A stretch of DNA of 64,000 nucleotides from Dehalococcoidia bacterium (lineage in GTDB: Bacteria > Chloroflexota > Dehalococcoidia > Lucifugimonadales > JAAXIE01), in the NCBI GenBank assembly GCA_965197805.1, contig OZ240229.1:3589039-3653038 (forward strand). The letters run 5' to 3'. Shown piece by piece: positions 27,357-36,796 of this stretch. A program made the position numbers and the translations under genes. The notes under the pieces were generated by a model. It saw only the letters and a list, made by a program, of their open reading frames with translations, had not been told where the DNA came from and made no database searches. How positions within the stretch are numbered: the first letter of the stretch is position 1; every line of letters begins with the position of its first letter.

Positions 27357-28418
27357 ATGCGACTCATCGGACCACTGGTCGGTCTTACCCTGATGGTCAT
27401 CCTGATGGCAGGATGCGGCGGCGCCTCCACCCCTGCCCCCACTGTGGCCGCAACACCCACCGCGCCGACGCCAAGCTCCATCCCTGCTCGTACTGCCGCT
27501 CCCACGGCCACCAGCACTCCCATCACCGCCCGGCCGATGCCCACCAGCACTCCGGCGCCGACACCGACGCCGGGCACGCCCACGCCTGTGCCCCCGACAC
27601 CCGCGCCTACCCCCAGTCTCTTCCCTGTCACCATCATGGATAGCAATGGCGACCAGATTACCTTCGACGCGCCTCCCGAACGCATCATCGCCTTTGACTC
27701 GGCCGCTGTCGAAATCCTCTACGCCTTAGGCGAGGAACACCGCATCGTGGGTACCCATACCTTCGTCGATTACCCACCGGAGACGGCCGACATACCCCGG
27801 GTGGGTGACGCCTTCAACATGGACTTCGAGCAGCTCGTGGCCCAGGAACCAGACTTGGTCTACGTCTTCTTCGACCGTTTTGTGCCCGAGTTGCAAGACC
27901 TTGGCCTCAAGGTGCTCTACGTCGAGTCGCTCAACCACAACCTGGAAGAGGCCATGGAGCACTTCCGCCTCTGGGGCAGCATCATAGGGAACCCTGGTGC
28001 AGCTGACGACGAGATATCCGATATACAGGCGCGCATCCAAGCCATTGAGGACTCCCTAGCCGACGTGGGACAGGGACCCAGGGTCTACCACCACGGGTTC
28101 GACTTCTGGACGCCGGGCGGAGACACCCTGATGGCCCGCATCTATGAGTTGTTGAAGGCCGAGATGGTGACGACGGACATCGAGGGCTACGCCCAGATAT
28201 CCCCTGAAGAGCTGGTGCTCCGCGACCCCGAGGTCATCGTCACCAACGAGTTCAACCAACAACAGGTGCTGGACTCCGACGCCCTAGCCGGAACCACGGC
28301 AGTCCAGCAGGGCGCCGTGGTTCTGACCCAGCGCGGCTCCCTGGACGTAGCGGGGACCAGGCTGGTGGATGCCATCGAGGAGCTGGCCGAGCTTCTCTAC
28401 CCCGAAAGGTTCTCTTAA
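27357..28418 (+). CDS. BtuF/FecB-type periplasmic-binding lipoprotein (cobalamin/siderophore ABC transporter)
   Basis: Lipobox LMAGCGG, a Pro/Thr-rich linker, then a class III SBP fold pattern (IIAFDSAAVEILYALG). Its position behind the B12 riboswitch supports the call. Confidence 0.85.
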   Translation: MRLIGPLVGLTLMVILMAGCGGASTPAPTVAATPTAPTPSSIPARTAAPTATSTPITARPMPTSTPAPTPTPGTPTPVPPTPAPTPSLFPVTIMDSNGDQITFDAPPERIIAFDSAAVEILYALGEEHRIVGTHTFVDYPPETADIPRVGDAFNMDFEQLVAQEPDLVYVFFDRFVPELQDLGLKVLYVESLNHNLEEAMEHFRLWGSIIGNPGAADDEISDIQARIQAIEDSLADVGQGPRVYHHGFDFWTPGGDTLMARIYELLKAEMVTTDIEGYAQISPEELVLRDPEVIVTNEFNQQQVLDSDALAGTTAVQQGAVVLTQRGSLDVAGTRLVDAIEELAELLYPERFS

Positions 28419-28421
28419 GAA

Positions 28422-29519
28422 ATGAATTTGGGCTTTCTTGTAGGAAGGTCGACCGCCAAGAGCGCCTCCCCAGCCATGGCTGTGCCTCTTGGCTTAGCCT
28501 ACCCATGGCTGCGCCTAGCCGCCGGGTTGGTGGTGCTGGTGGTCATTGGAATACTGGCCATAGCCATCGGCTCGGTCTACATCCCGCCTTGGACCGTGGC
28601 GCGAATCCTGCTCGATGCGGCGCCAGTGATGGACATATCGCAGACTTGGCCCGATGCCTGGGGTACCATCGTGTGGCAACTACGCTTTCCCCGCATCATC
28701 CTGGCCGGGATGGTGGGTGCGGCGCTTGCCGTATCCGGGGCCACCTACCAAGGGCTGTTCCGTAACCCCTTGGCCGACCCCTTCTTTCTGGGCGTGGCCG
28801 CCGGGGCCGCCCTCGGGGCCTCTCTGGTGCTCCTCACCAGCGTACCCGTCTATTTCGGAGGCTTCAGCCTGCTGCCCCTGGCGGCCTTCGCCGGGGCCAT
28901 TGCCACTGTTTCCGTCACGTACGGCGTCGTTCGCCGCTCAGGCGGTCTCCCCCTCACCTCCCTGATTCTGGCCGGCGTAGCCATGTCGTCCTTGGTTACC
29001 GCGGTCACCAGTCTTCTCATTATTCGCAGCGACCCGGACGTGAAGCCGCTGCTGGGCTGGCTCATGGGCGGTTTCATCGGCAGCCAATGGGACGACATCT
29101 ACACCATCTTGCCCTATGTCGTGCCCGGCACCCTGGTGATGATGGCCTACTCCCGCATCCTGAACACCTTCCAACTCACGGAGGAAGAAGCGCGCCAGTT
29201 GGGGGTAAACGTCGAGCGGACCAAACTGCTGCTCGTCGCCCTAGCCTCTCTAACCGCCGCGGCTGCTGTATCGGTTTCGGGCATAATCGGGTTCGTCGGG
29301 ATCATCGCCCCCCATGCCGTGAGGATGGTGTGGGGCAACGACCATCGCTTCCTGCTGCCCATGTGCCTGCTGGTGGGAGCCGGTTTCCTCATACTGGCCG
29401 ACCTGACGGCCCGCACCATCGCCAGCCCCAGCGAGTTGCCCGTGGGCATCGTCACCGCCTTCTGTGGAGCGCCTTTCTTCCTGTACTTACTGCGTCGCAG
29501 CAGGAGCTTCAGCTTTTGA
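28422..29519 (+). CDS. FecCD/BtuC-family ABC transporter permease
   Basis: Multi-pass hydrophobic protein with the FecCD signature ...GIIGFVGIIAPH.... Confidence 0.9.
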   Translation: MNLGFLVGRSTAKSASPAMAVPLGLAYPWLRLAAGLVVLVVIGILAIAIGSVYIPPWTVARILLDAAPVMDISQTWPDAWGTIVWQLRFPRIILAGMVGAALAVSGATYQGLFRNPLADPFFLGVAAGAALGASLVLLTSVPVYFGGFSLLPLAAFAGAIATVSVTYGVVRRSGGLPLTSLILAGVAMSSLVTAVTSLLIIRSDPDVKPLLGWLMGGFIGSQWDDIYTILPYVVPGTLVMMAYSRILNTFQLTEEEARQLGVNVERTKLLLVALASLTAAAAVSVSGIIGFVGIIAPHAVRMVWGNDHRFLLPMCLLVGAGFLILADLTARTIASPSELPVGIVTAFCGAPFFLYLLRRSRSFSF

Positions 29520-30352
29520 ACACCGCCCCCACTCTCCAGCTGGAAGACATCTGGTTCTCGTATGGACGCTCTCATGTCCTCAATGGAATCGACCTGCAGG
29601 TCGCTCCCGGTGAGATGGTAGGGCTGGTTGGTCCCAACGGCACGGGCAAGAGCACCCTCCTGAACATCGCCAGCCGTACTTTAAACCCGCAGCGAGGTCG
29701 TGTGCTGCTGGGCGGTGTCGATGTGCAACAGCTTTCCCCCAGAAAACGGGCATCGAAAGTGTCCATGGTTCCCCAGTCGCCAGCCGTCCCCACTGGCTTC
29801 AACTGCATGGAGGTCGTGCTGATGGGGCGCAACCCCCATCTGGGGCTTCTCCAGTGGGAGCGGCCTCGCGACCTGGAGATCGTCCGTCACGCCATGGAGT
29901 TAACCGGCACCGACGAGTTTGCATCCCGGCCCATCTCGTCCCTCTCAGGCGGCGAGAGGCAACGCGTCTTCATCGCCCGGGCCTTGTCCCAAGGAGCGCC
30001 CCTGCTGCTGCTGGACGAGCCCACTGCTCACCTCGACATCGGCTACCAGCCAGCCGTCCTCGACCTCATCCAGAAAGTGCGGACTGAGATGGGCGTTAGC
30101 GTTCTCGCTGCGATGCACGACATCTCCTTGGCTGCCCAGTACTGCCAGCGCATAGCCGTCCTGCACGGAGGCTCCGTCTACGCGCTAGGCACCCCCGAAG
30201 AAGTGGTCACCGCCGACGTGGTCTCCCAAGCCTTCGGGACCGAAGTCGCCATCAGCCGTCACCCGGTCCACGGCACTCCCGTAGTGCTCCCCATCGGCAA
30301 GAACGCCCGCACCATCGACTGCCCTCTGGCCTCAACCAGCGACCTCTGCTAG
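29516..30352 (+). CDS. ABC transporter ATP-binding protein (BtuD/FepC-like)
   Basis: Walker A GPNGTGKST, signature LSGGERQRV, Walker B LLLLDEP. The TTG 29516 start overlaps the permease stop. The N-terminal extension of the ORF track (from 29087) overlaps the permease and is discounted. Confidence 0.9.
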   Translation: MNTAPTLQLEDIWFSYGRSHVLNGIDLQVAPGEMVGLVGPNGTGKSTLLNIASRTLNPQRGRVLLGGVDVQQLSPRKRASKVSMVPQSPAVPTGFNCMEVVLMGRNPHLGLLQWERPRDLEIVRHAMELTGTDEFASRPISSLSGGERQRVFIARALSQGAPLLLLDEPTAHLDIGYQPAVLDLIQKVRTEMGVSVLAAMHDISLAAQYCQRIAVLHGGSVYALGTPEEVVTADVVSQAFGTEVAISRHPVHGTPVVLPIGKNARTIDCPLASTSDLC

Positions 30353-30384
30353 CCCTCATGCCCCTTGCCCACTACCGGACGCCA

Positions 30385-31515
30385 TCACCGGGTGAACTGA
30401 GTCATCACCCCGAGGTTGGCCTCAAGTGTGTCGCCGTTGACCAAGACCAGCCCTTCTTGCACCAGCGTACGGATATCGCGCTGCAGTGTTTTACTGGAAA
30501 CGCCCTTGTACAAGAACGACAGCTGTCCTTGCCCCGCCCTGAGGGTCTTCAGTGATAGCGGACGGTCTGCCACACCTACCAGTAAGCCAAGTTGTCTCTC
30601 GCCGGCGCGACTCCCCAATCTGCCAGCCGACGCGAGAGTCTCCCGTGCGAAGTCGCGAAAGGATATCACCGTGACCTCGTCCAGCACCTCTCGGTGGACG
30701 GCTTCCAACTCCTCCTCCAGCCCCCGCAACGCGAACATTACGAAAGGACTCAAGTCCGGGTCGCTCACGAACCTCACATGATCTAGCATTGACACGTACT
30801 CGGGTCGATTGCGGTAATAGTAGTTGGCTAGGGAGTAGTACCCCCGCGCATTTACCCCAGCCTGGTATAGTAAATAGCTCTCCACAGCCCTAGACGTGCG
30901 ACCGTTTCCATCTCCGAAAGGATGAATGCTGATAACGTAGAAGTGGGCTACTATGGCTCTTATCACGGGATTCCAATGGGCGGCGGAGCCAGAGTTAAAC
31001 CACTTGAAGAACTCCGCCATCAGTGCCCTCACCGCGTCGCCTTCCCTCGGAGGTAGATATGTGCCTGCCTGAACGGGAAACGTGCGATATCGGCCGGGAG
31101 TGTTGTTAGGGTAGCCAATATCTTTCGTGATGGTCCTGTGGAAGTGTCGCACCAGTTCCTCCGTTAGAGGGGCAGATGGCTCAGCCCTCAGCCTCTCGGC
31201 GACGTAGCGCATGACTTGGTCGGCATTGCGTACCTCTTGCTCATCCCGAGCTCGGCCTTCCGGAAGAACACGCCTCTCCGTAGGAGTGTCCAGGATGTCC
31301 TGCACCTCCTCTTCGGATACCTCGGTGCCCTCGATACCTGTGGTCCCTCGCACCGCTCGCATGATGTTTAGGCTATCGAGCCGGTTTTGGACAAAGGGTG
31401 GGATGGGTATACCCCGAATCACCGACGCCATCGCGTCCACCTTGAACAGCAGCCTCAGACACTCCGGGTCTGCCATGTCCACTCGCATATCAAAGTGGAC
31501 ATCCCAGCGTGGCAT
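30385..31515 (-). CDS. Class II Fic-family protein (AMPylase-type) with C-terminal winged-helix domain
   Basis: Fic motif HPFGDGNGRTSR. N-terminal inhibitory-helix motif TTGIEG ([ST]xxxE[GN]). Start taken at ATG 31515 (GAGGAG upstream). The first 13 codons of the ORF track coincide with operator palindromes. Confidence 0.85.
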   Translation of the reverse strand: MPRWDVHFDMRVDMADPECLRLLFKVDAMASVIRGIPIPPFVQNRLDSLNIMRAVRGTTGIEGTEVSEEEVQDILDTPTERRVLPEGRARDEQEVRNADQVMRYVAERLRAEPSAPLTEELVRHFHRTITKDIGYPNNTPGRYRTFPVQAGTYLPPREGDAVRALMAEFFKWFNSGSAAHWNPVIRAIVAHFYVISIHPFGDGNGRTSRAVESYLLYQAGVNARGYYSLANYYYRNRPEYVSMLDHVRFVSDPDLSPFVMFALRGLEEELEAVHREVLDEVTVISFRDFARETLASAGRLGSRAGERQLGLLVGVADRPLSLKTLRAGQGQLSFLYKGVSSKTLQRDIRTLVQEGLVLVNGDTLEANLGVMTQFTR

Positions 31516-31528
31516 GGGAACTCTCCTC

Positions 31529-31626
31529 TGGACATTGTCCAGGACAATGTCCACCAGTACTTCATAGTTATATCATATCTGATAATTATGGACATACTTG
31601 TGGACAATGTCCACACGAATGTCCAC
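31529..31626. promoter_or_regulatory. Operator array upstream of fic: TGGACAWTGTCCA palindromes
   Basis: TGGACATTGTCCA at 31529-31541. GGACAATGTCC at 31542-31552. GTGGACAATGTCCAC at 31600-31614. AATGTCCAC at 31618-31626. TGGACAT at 31589. CAGTAC at 31554 and GTACTG at 31633 flank the array. Confidence 0.6.
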
Positions 31627-31821
31627 TAATGTGTACTGCTGAACGGCCCGGATCACAGCGATTTGCAGGCCCCAACTTCCTCCAGCGGGCCCTGACCCCC
31701 CAACACCCCGGTAACAAATACCGTACAGACGTTCTATAATAACGCTGGAGCGTGCTGGAACTGACCCCAAAGTTGGCGTGTCTCCTTCTGTTCAGTAGCT
31801 AACCCTCTTGACACTCTCACC

Positions 31822-31850
31822 TTGACATATACGTACATATATTCTATAAT
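31822..31850 (+). promoter_or_regulatory. Consensus sigma70 promoter TTGACA-17-TATAAT
   Basis: TTGACA at 31822-31827, a 17-nt spacer, and TATAAT at 31845-31850. A second TTGACA lies at 31808. Confidence 0.6.
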
Positions 31851-31950
31851 TCTAGTATCTCATAGGTTCTGGCCTCTGAGACCCGTCAGTCTGCCTGTAG
31901 TAGACCTGACCCGCCCCTGTTGTCCTGAAGACCAAAAGAGGTAAACCCTG

Positions 31951-32115
31951 ATGCCCAAAACCGCCCCTTCTCTGGTCAAGAGTGTGAAAGTCGTTGTCTC
32001 CGTCTCACCCGCTGAATACCAGCGGTGGAAACGCCTCGCCATCCAAAACGAGATGCGTGTCCCTGAGTTCGTGCGCTACCTCGTAGGCCAAGCCGCCCGC
32101 AAACTGGAGCAATAG
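31951..32115 (+). CDS. Small ribbon-helix-helix (CopG/Arc-type) protein, 54 aa; below the ORF-track size cutoff
   Basis: Hand translation gives MPKTAPSLVKSVKVVVSVSPAEYQRWKRLAIQNEMRVPEFVRYLVGQAARKLEQ. This fits beta-strand plus two helices with an RHH-like pattern. AGAGG lies upstream. Confidence 0.55.
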   Translation: MPKTAPSLVKSVKVVVSVSPAEYQRWKRLAIQNEMRVPEFVRYLVGQAARKLEQ

Positions 32116-32116
32116 G

Positions 32117-32476
32117 ATGTCCTGCTTCTTGAAACCGCCCGGCCCTGCCGTGAGTCCCGTGCAAACCCGATGGCACGTAACCCTTCCCGCGCTTCACATG
32201 CCCATGCGGCCACAATTCGAAATTCCCCCGGCTCCCGCCTTGGCCAACTCAAAGCTGGCTCCTAGCTGCGCCGTCACCAATGCCGCTGCAATAGTACCCA
32301 TCGGTATTGCCACGGATATATCAACAGTAGTTAACCGGAGCTGTACGGCATATCTAACGGATTACTACGGGAATACTACGAACATGGGGCCAACGCCGCC
32401 CCGTGGCCGCGCCCTCGGCAATGCCTCTCCTCGCCCAGTCCCACCCCGCAAGTTCCAAAGTGGGCCCCTCTGCTAG
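32117..32476 (+). CDS. Hypothetical ORF immediately after the RHH gene (possible partner; may be non-coding)
   Basis: The ATG lies 1 nt after the RHH stop. Pro-rich ends and no recognisable family. Confidence 0.2.
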   Translation: MSCFLKPPGPAVSPVQTRWHVTLPALHMPMRPQFEIPPAPALANSKLAPSCAVTNAAAIVPIGIATDISTVVNRSCTAYLTDYYGNTTNMGPTPPRGRALGNASPRPVPPRKFQSGPLC

Positions 32477-32536
32477 ACGAGTGCATCCGTTCCTGATACC
32501 CTGACGCCTACCTAACTTTCCGTACGAGGAGAGGCC

Positions 32537-34837
32537 ATGACCACCTATGCCGGCGCACCCATGAAGCGGTTCGAGGATCCCCAGCTTGTCCAAGGCAAGG
32601 GCAGCTTTGTCGACGACAAAGTGCTGCCGGGCATGCTTCATGCCGCTGTGCTGCGCAGCCCCCATGCATATGCGCTGATACGCTCCATCGACACCTCCAA
32701 GGCGGAAGCGCTGCCGGGAGTCGTACAGGTGGTCACATCCGCGGACATTCCAGGGCTGGAGACCATACCGCCACGGCAGACGGAGCGGCTTGATGACATG
32801 AAGTCGCCCCGCCATCCCGTCCTTGCGGAAGGGAAGGTATGTTACGTCGGTCAGGCGGTGGCAGCGGTGCTTGCCGAGAGCCGATATGTGGCACGGGACG
32901 CGTTGGAACTGATACAAGTCGATTATGAGCCGCTGCGCCCGGTGATGGACCCCTACGAGGCAGTCTCTCCCGATTCCAAGCCCATCCACGAGGACATCGG
33001 CAGCAACGTTGCCGTCCGCATGCAGGTGGGCCGTGGGGATGTGGATGTGGCGTTGGCCGAATCTGACAAAGTAATCCGCGAGCGGTTCCACGTTCCGCGT
33101 TTGGCCCCCAATCCCATGGAGGGCCGTGCCCTCATCGCCGACTACCAGCCCGGCAACATGGTGCTGGAATTGTGGACTTCCACCCAGGTGCCTCACAAGG
33201 CCAAGAGCTTCCTCGGCCCCCTGCTCAAGCGTCCTGACATACACCTTCGCGTGCTAGCCCCCGATGTGGGCGGTGGATTCGGTCAAAAGGTGGAGCTATG
33301 GCCTGAAGAGATCCTTTTCTCCCACTTGGCCATTCAGATCGAGCGTCCCATCAAGTGGATAGAAGACCGTTGGGAGAACGTACTGGCCTACCAAGCCCGA
33401 GGCTACCACGGCGAGGTGGAGGCAGGCGTCAAGAGCGACGGCACCATTCTGGGTATGCGCTTCCGGATGATCGCGGACTTAGGAGGCTACTACCTGACCT
33501 CGACTGCCGGTCCTGCCTATAACACCATCCGTCGCGTCAACGGCCCCTACGCCATCCCGAACATGGATGTTTCCGTGGACTGCGTCATCACCAACCGGCC
33601 ACCCACAGGCCCCTACCGGGGTGCCGGAGCACCCGAGGGTGCCTTCATGATGGAGCGGACCCTAGACCTGATCGCACAAGAATTGGACATGGACCCAGCC
33701 GAAGTACGACGGCAAAACTTCGTGGCAGACGATGCCTTCCCCTACACCACCGGCACCGGGCTTATCTACGACTCAGGCCAGTTCGGCTTGGCTCTGGACA
33801 GGGCACTGGAGATGGGCGAGTACTCACGCTACCGCGAGGCCCAGAGGAACCGCAAGCCGGGGGACCCACTAATCGGCATCGGTGTCTCCACTGTGGTGAA
33901 GGCATCCGGGGGCATCGGCGAAATGCGCGATAGCGCTGCCGTGGTGCAGGTGGACGCGTCTGGAACGGTCCGGGTGCATACGGAGGTCTCCCCTCACGGT
34001 CAAGGCACCGAGACCACTTTCTCTCAGATCGTGGCCGACGAGTTGGGTCTCGCGCCGCAGCAGATACAAATCCTCCACGGCAACAGCGACATACCCGAAA
34101 AAGGACTCGGCACCTTCGCCAGTCGGGGCCTCTCGGTGGGCGGCTCAGCCATGCTCCTCGGGATCCGCGACGCGAAACAGAAGCTGGCAGCCATAGCTGC
34201 CCACATACTGGAGTGCGCACCCGAAGACATCGTCTTCGAGGATGAAAAGGTGATTAACGGGAAGGACCCGGAGCAGGTTATGTCCTTCCAGGAAGTCGCC
34301 TCTGAAGCCCACCGTCCCGACAGGCTTCCGCCGGGCATGGAGCCTGGGCTGGAGTTCAAGAGTTCCTTCTCCATGCCGGAGAACCCCTTCGGCTTTGGGG
34401 CCCACGTGGCCGTGATACAGGTCGACCCCGACACTGGGGCCATCTCCTTCCTCAATTACTCGGCCGTCCACGATACAGGTCGGGTAATCAACCCCAAGAT
34501 AATGGAGGGCCAGCTGCACGGCGGATTGGCCCAAGGTTTGGGTCAAGGGCTCATGGAAGGCATGATTTACGACGAGAACGGTCAGCCCCTGACCAGTAAC
34601 TTCTTGGACTACTCCATGCCCACCGCTGAGGATATGCCTCCGCTGCACATGGACAGCATCGAGACCCTCTCGCCCGTGAACCCCCTAGGGGTCAAGGGAG
34701 GGGGCGAGCTTCCCACGGTAGCCAGCCCCGTAGCCGTGGCCAACGCCTTGGTCGACGCCCTCTCCCGGACATCGGTGCAACACATGGACGCGCCCGTGAC
34801 ACCGGAGAAGGTGTGGCGCGCCTTCCAAGACGAGTAG
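32537..34837 (+). CDS. Xanthine dehydrogenase-family molybdopterin-binding subunit (form II CoxL/aldehyde oxidase-like)
   Basis: 766 aa with an XDH large-subunit layout. The active-site loop reads PYRGAGAPE (AYRGAGR-type, not the AYXCSFR of true CODH). Confidence 0.9.
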   Translation: MTTYAGAPMKRFEDPQLVQGKGSFVDDKVLPGMLHAAVLRSPHAYALIRSIDTSKAEALPGVVQVVTSADIPGLETIPPRQTERLDDMKSPRHPVLAEGKVCYVGQAVAAVLAESRYVARDALELIQVDYEPLRPVMDPYEAVSPDSKPIHEDIGSNVAVRMQVGRGDVDVALAESDKVIRERFHVPRLAPNPMEGRALIADYQPGNMVLELWTSTQVPHKAKSFLGPLLKRPDIHLRVLAPDVGGGFGQKVELWPEEILFSHLAIQIERPIKWIEDRWENVLAYQARGYHGEVEAGVKSDGTILGMRFRMIADLGGYYLTSTAGPAYNTIRRVNGPYAIPNMDVSVDCVITNRPPTGPYRGAGAPEGAFMMERTLDLIAQELDMDPAEVRRQNFVADDAFPYTTGTGLIYDSGQFGLALDRALEMGEYSRYREAQRNRKPGDPLIGIGVSTVVKASGGIGEMRDSAAVVQVDASGTVRVHTEVSPHGQGTETTFSQIVADELGLAPQQIQILHGNSDIPEKGLGTFASRGLSVGGSAMLLGIRDAKQKLAAIAAHILECAPEDIVFEDEKVINGKDPEQVMSFQEVASEAHRPDRLPPGMEPGLEFKSSFSMPENPFGFGAHVAVIQVDPDTGAISFLNYSAVHDTGRVINPKIMEGQLHGGLAQGLGQGLMEGMIYDENGQPLTSNFLDYSMPTAEDMPPLHMDSIETLSPVNPLGVKGGGELPTVASPVAVANALVDALSRTSVQHMDAPVTPEKVWRAFQDE

Positions 34838-34887
34838 CTCGACAAAGATAGTGCCGGACTTCTCGCAGACCGCATTCCCCTCATGCA

Positions 34888-35268
34888 GTGCCGGAGGCGA
34901 AAATGGCTCAAGTAAGATACATCGTAGATAATGTAGATGAGGCGGTCGCCTTTTATGTCTCGAAGCTTGGCTTTGAGCTGCAACAGCAATTCGGCGATGC
35001 TATCGGCATTTTGAAACATGGCGACTTGACGCTATTGGTTTCAGGGCCAAAGGCATCAGCTTCCAGACCAATGCCGGATGGCGCCATACCTGGTCCCGGA
35101 GGCTGGGGCAGGTTCATGTTAATCGTCGAGGATTTGGATGCGGTCGTCTCAAAGCTCAAGGACGATGGTGTAGAGTTTAGAAACGACATCGTGGAGAATG
35201 CTGACCGCAGACAAATCCTTTGCAAAGACCCCTCTGGCAACGTAGTCGAGCTCTTTCAATCAGGCTAG
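34888..35268 (+). CDS. VOC-family (glyoxalase/bleomycin resistance/dioxygenase) protein
   Basis: IVDNVDEAVAFYVSKLGFEL...DPSGNVVELFQ is the typical VOC pattern. Confidence 0.8.
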   Translation: MPEAKMAQVRYIVDNVDEAVAFYVSKLGFELQQQFGDAIGILKHGDLTLLVSGPKASASRPMPDGAIPGPGGWGRFMLIVEDLDAVVSKLKDDGVEFRNDIVENADRRQILCKDPSGNVVELFQSG

Positions 35269-35327
35269 AAACTGCATTGATACCGGGTCGGGAAGCGTAA
35301 CAAACGCCACCAACGGTTCACCGAAAC

Positions 35328-35403
35328 GTCCCAGTAGCTCAGGGGATAGAGCAGCTGCCTTCTAAGCAGCGGGTCGCGGGTTCGAATCCTGCCTGGGACG
35401 CCA
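35328..35403 (+). tRNA. tRNA-Arg (anticodon TCT), CCA encoded
   Basis: Hand-folded cloverleaf. Acceptor GTCCCAG/CTGGGAC, D arm GCTC..GAGC, anticodon stem GCTGC/GCAGC with loop CTTCTAA, T arm GCGGG-TTCGAAT-CCTGC, discriminator G, then CCA. Total 76 nt. Confidence 0.95.
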
Positions 35404-35420
35404 CCTCAGCTACGAAATAT

Positions 35421-35455
35421 CTTGGGACCACCCATCGCTCAAGGGTGGTCCCAAG
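35421..35455 (+). terminator. Perfect 13-bp hairpin downstream of tRNA-Arg
   Basis: CTTGGGACCACCC-ATCGCTCAA-GGGTGGTCCCAAG. There is no clear T-tract. Confidence 0.45.
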
Positions 35456-35629
35456 GGCAAAGAGTCGCCGGGTCGGGCGGCTTTTCTTATGCCACGAGGC
35501 ATATCCGACACGCTGCCTGCCCTCGCTCGTGAGTCCGGTTGCGACCCCCTCCTGCTTGCCTGACAGACAATTCTCGGAATCGAGGCAAGTACGTGACATG
35601 GCTACTAGATCGAGAGTGCGGAGCCGGAA

Positions 35630-35975
35630 AGTGGACGCAGGAAATCTGGAACTCGCCGGGTTGACGAAGCAGTTCGAGATCCACAACAAATCGGATGGCA
35701 AGTCCCACCGGACGGTGGAGTGGTACAACGAGGTCCTGGACATATTCATGGGCTAGCTAGGGGCGGAAGGGATGTCCACCTGCCTCGATGACCTGGGCGA
35801 GGATGAGGTCAGGCACTTCATCCTCCATCTCCAGGGACGGGCAGGCCTGCGGGGGCAGGCGTCAAGCCACACGGTAAACAACTAGGTCAGGGCGTTACGG
35901 CTTTCTTAAACTGGTTGCACGTACAGGGTTACACCGAGTGCCACAGACTGGAAAAACTGAAGGTCCCCGAGGTGC
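35630..35975 (+). pseudogene. Tyrosine recombinase/integrase remnant (N-terminal SAM-like domain only)
   Basis: KSHRTVEWYNEVLDIFMG*LGAEGMSTCLDDLGEDEVRHFILHLQGRAGLRGQASSHTVNN*VRALR, then a frameshift to AFLNWLHVQGYTE.HRLEKLKVPEV. In-frame TAGs at 35754 and 35883. The catalytic domain is absent. Lies next to a tRNA. Confidence 0.65.
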
Positions 35976-35976
35976 G

Positions 35977-36796
35977 TCAGTCGTCCACCGTGTCCTGCAC
36001 CTCGGTGAGTGTGACGCTCTTCTCGCTATCGCCGCTGTTGAAGAAGGCGCAGAAGCAGTCGGGGGTGAACTCGTAGTCCTCGGTGGTGACCCCGTCCTGG
36101 TGGTTCCTGTAGAGGTTTATGATGACGGTCCGCTCGGGGTCGGAGCTGAGCGTCACCTTGACCGTCACCGTGCTCCCCTCGGCCACCGAGTAGGCGGACT
36201 TCTCGAACGACACGGAGACCTGTGGGTCCTCGTCGTCGGTCACCGTCACGTCCACGTCGTCGATGTCGGCGTTGTTGTAGTCGGTGTCGGTGGAGGTCGC
36301 CGTGTGGGTCACCGTGGCCGTGTCGTCCGCGGCGTCGGTATCCTGGGCAGCGGAGACGGTCACCGTCTGCTCGTCGTCCCAGTTGGACGTGGTGAAAGTC
36401 AGGGTTGCCGGCGATGAGGTCACCTCGGTATTGTCCGTGGGGTCCTCGACCGTCACCACCACGTTGGCCGAGGGCTTGCTGTCCAGTACCACCGTGTAGG
36501 TCTCTTCCATCCCCCTCGTCCACCGTGATCCCCGCAGTGTCGTCATCGGTGATGGAGACGGTGGTCTCGTCGGTCATGCCCTCGGTGATCCTGTCGGTGA
36601 GGCTGGACTGCGGCTCCAGCCTCACCTTCTCCGTGTCCTCGTCCACATCGTCGTCGGCTGCGGTGAAGGTGATGGTCTTCTCCGTGTCGGCTGCCCCGAA
36701 GTCCACGCTGGCAGGCACCGAATAGTCGGTGTTGGAAGCTCCGTCGTTGGTCTTGGTGATGGGGAGGCCGGGATTCGATATGCCGAGATCCTGCAC
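35977..36796 (-). pseudogene. Calx-beta repeat protein fragment (5'-truncated and frameshifted)
   Basis: Two overlapping ORFs read as consecutive Calx-beta-type modules (…TITFTAADDDVDEDTEKV…ITDDDTAGITVDEG / EETYTVVLDSKP…VSFEKSAYSVAEGSTVTVKVTLS…). The frame switches near the C-run at 36511-36515. A stop lies just upstream of the first codon, and there is no signal peptide. Confidence 0.65.
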
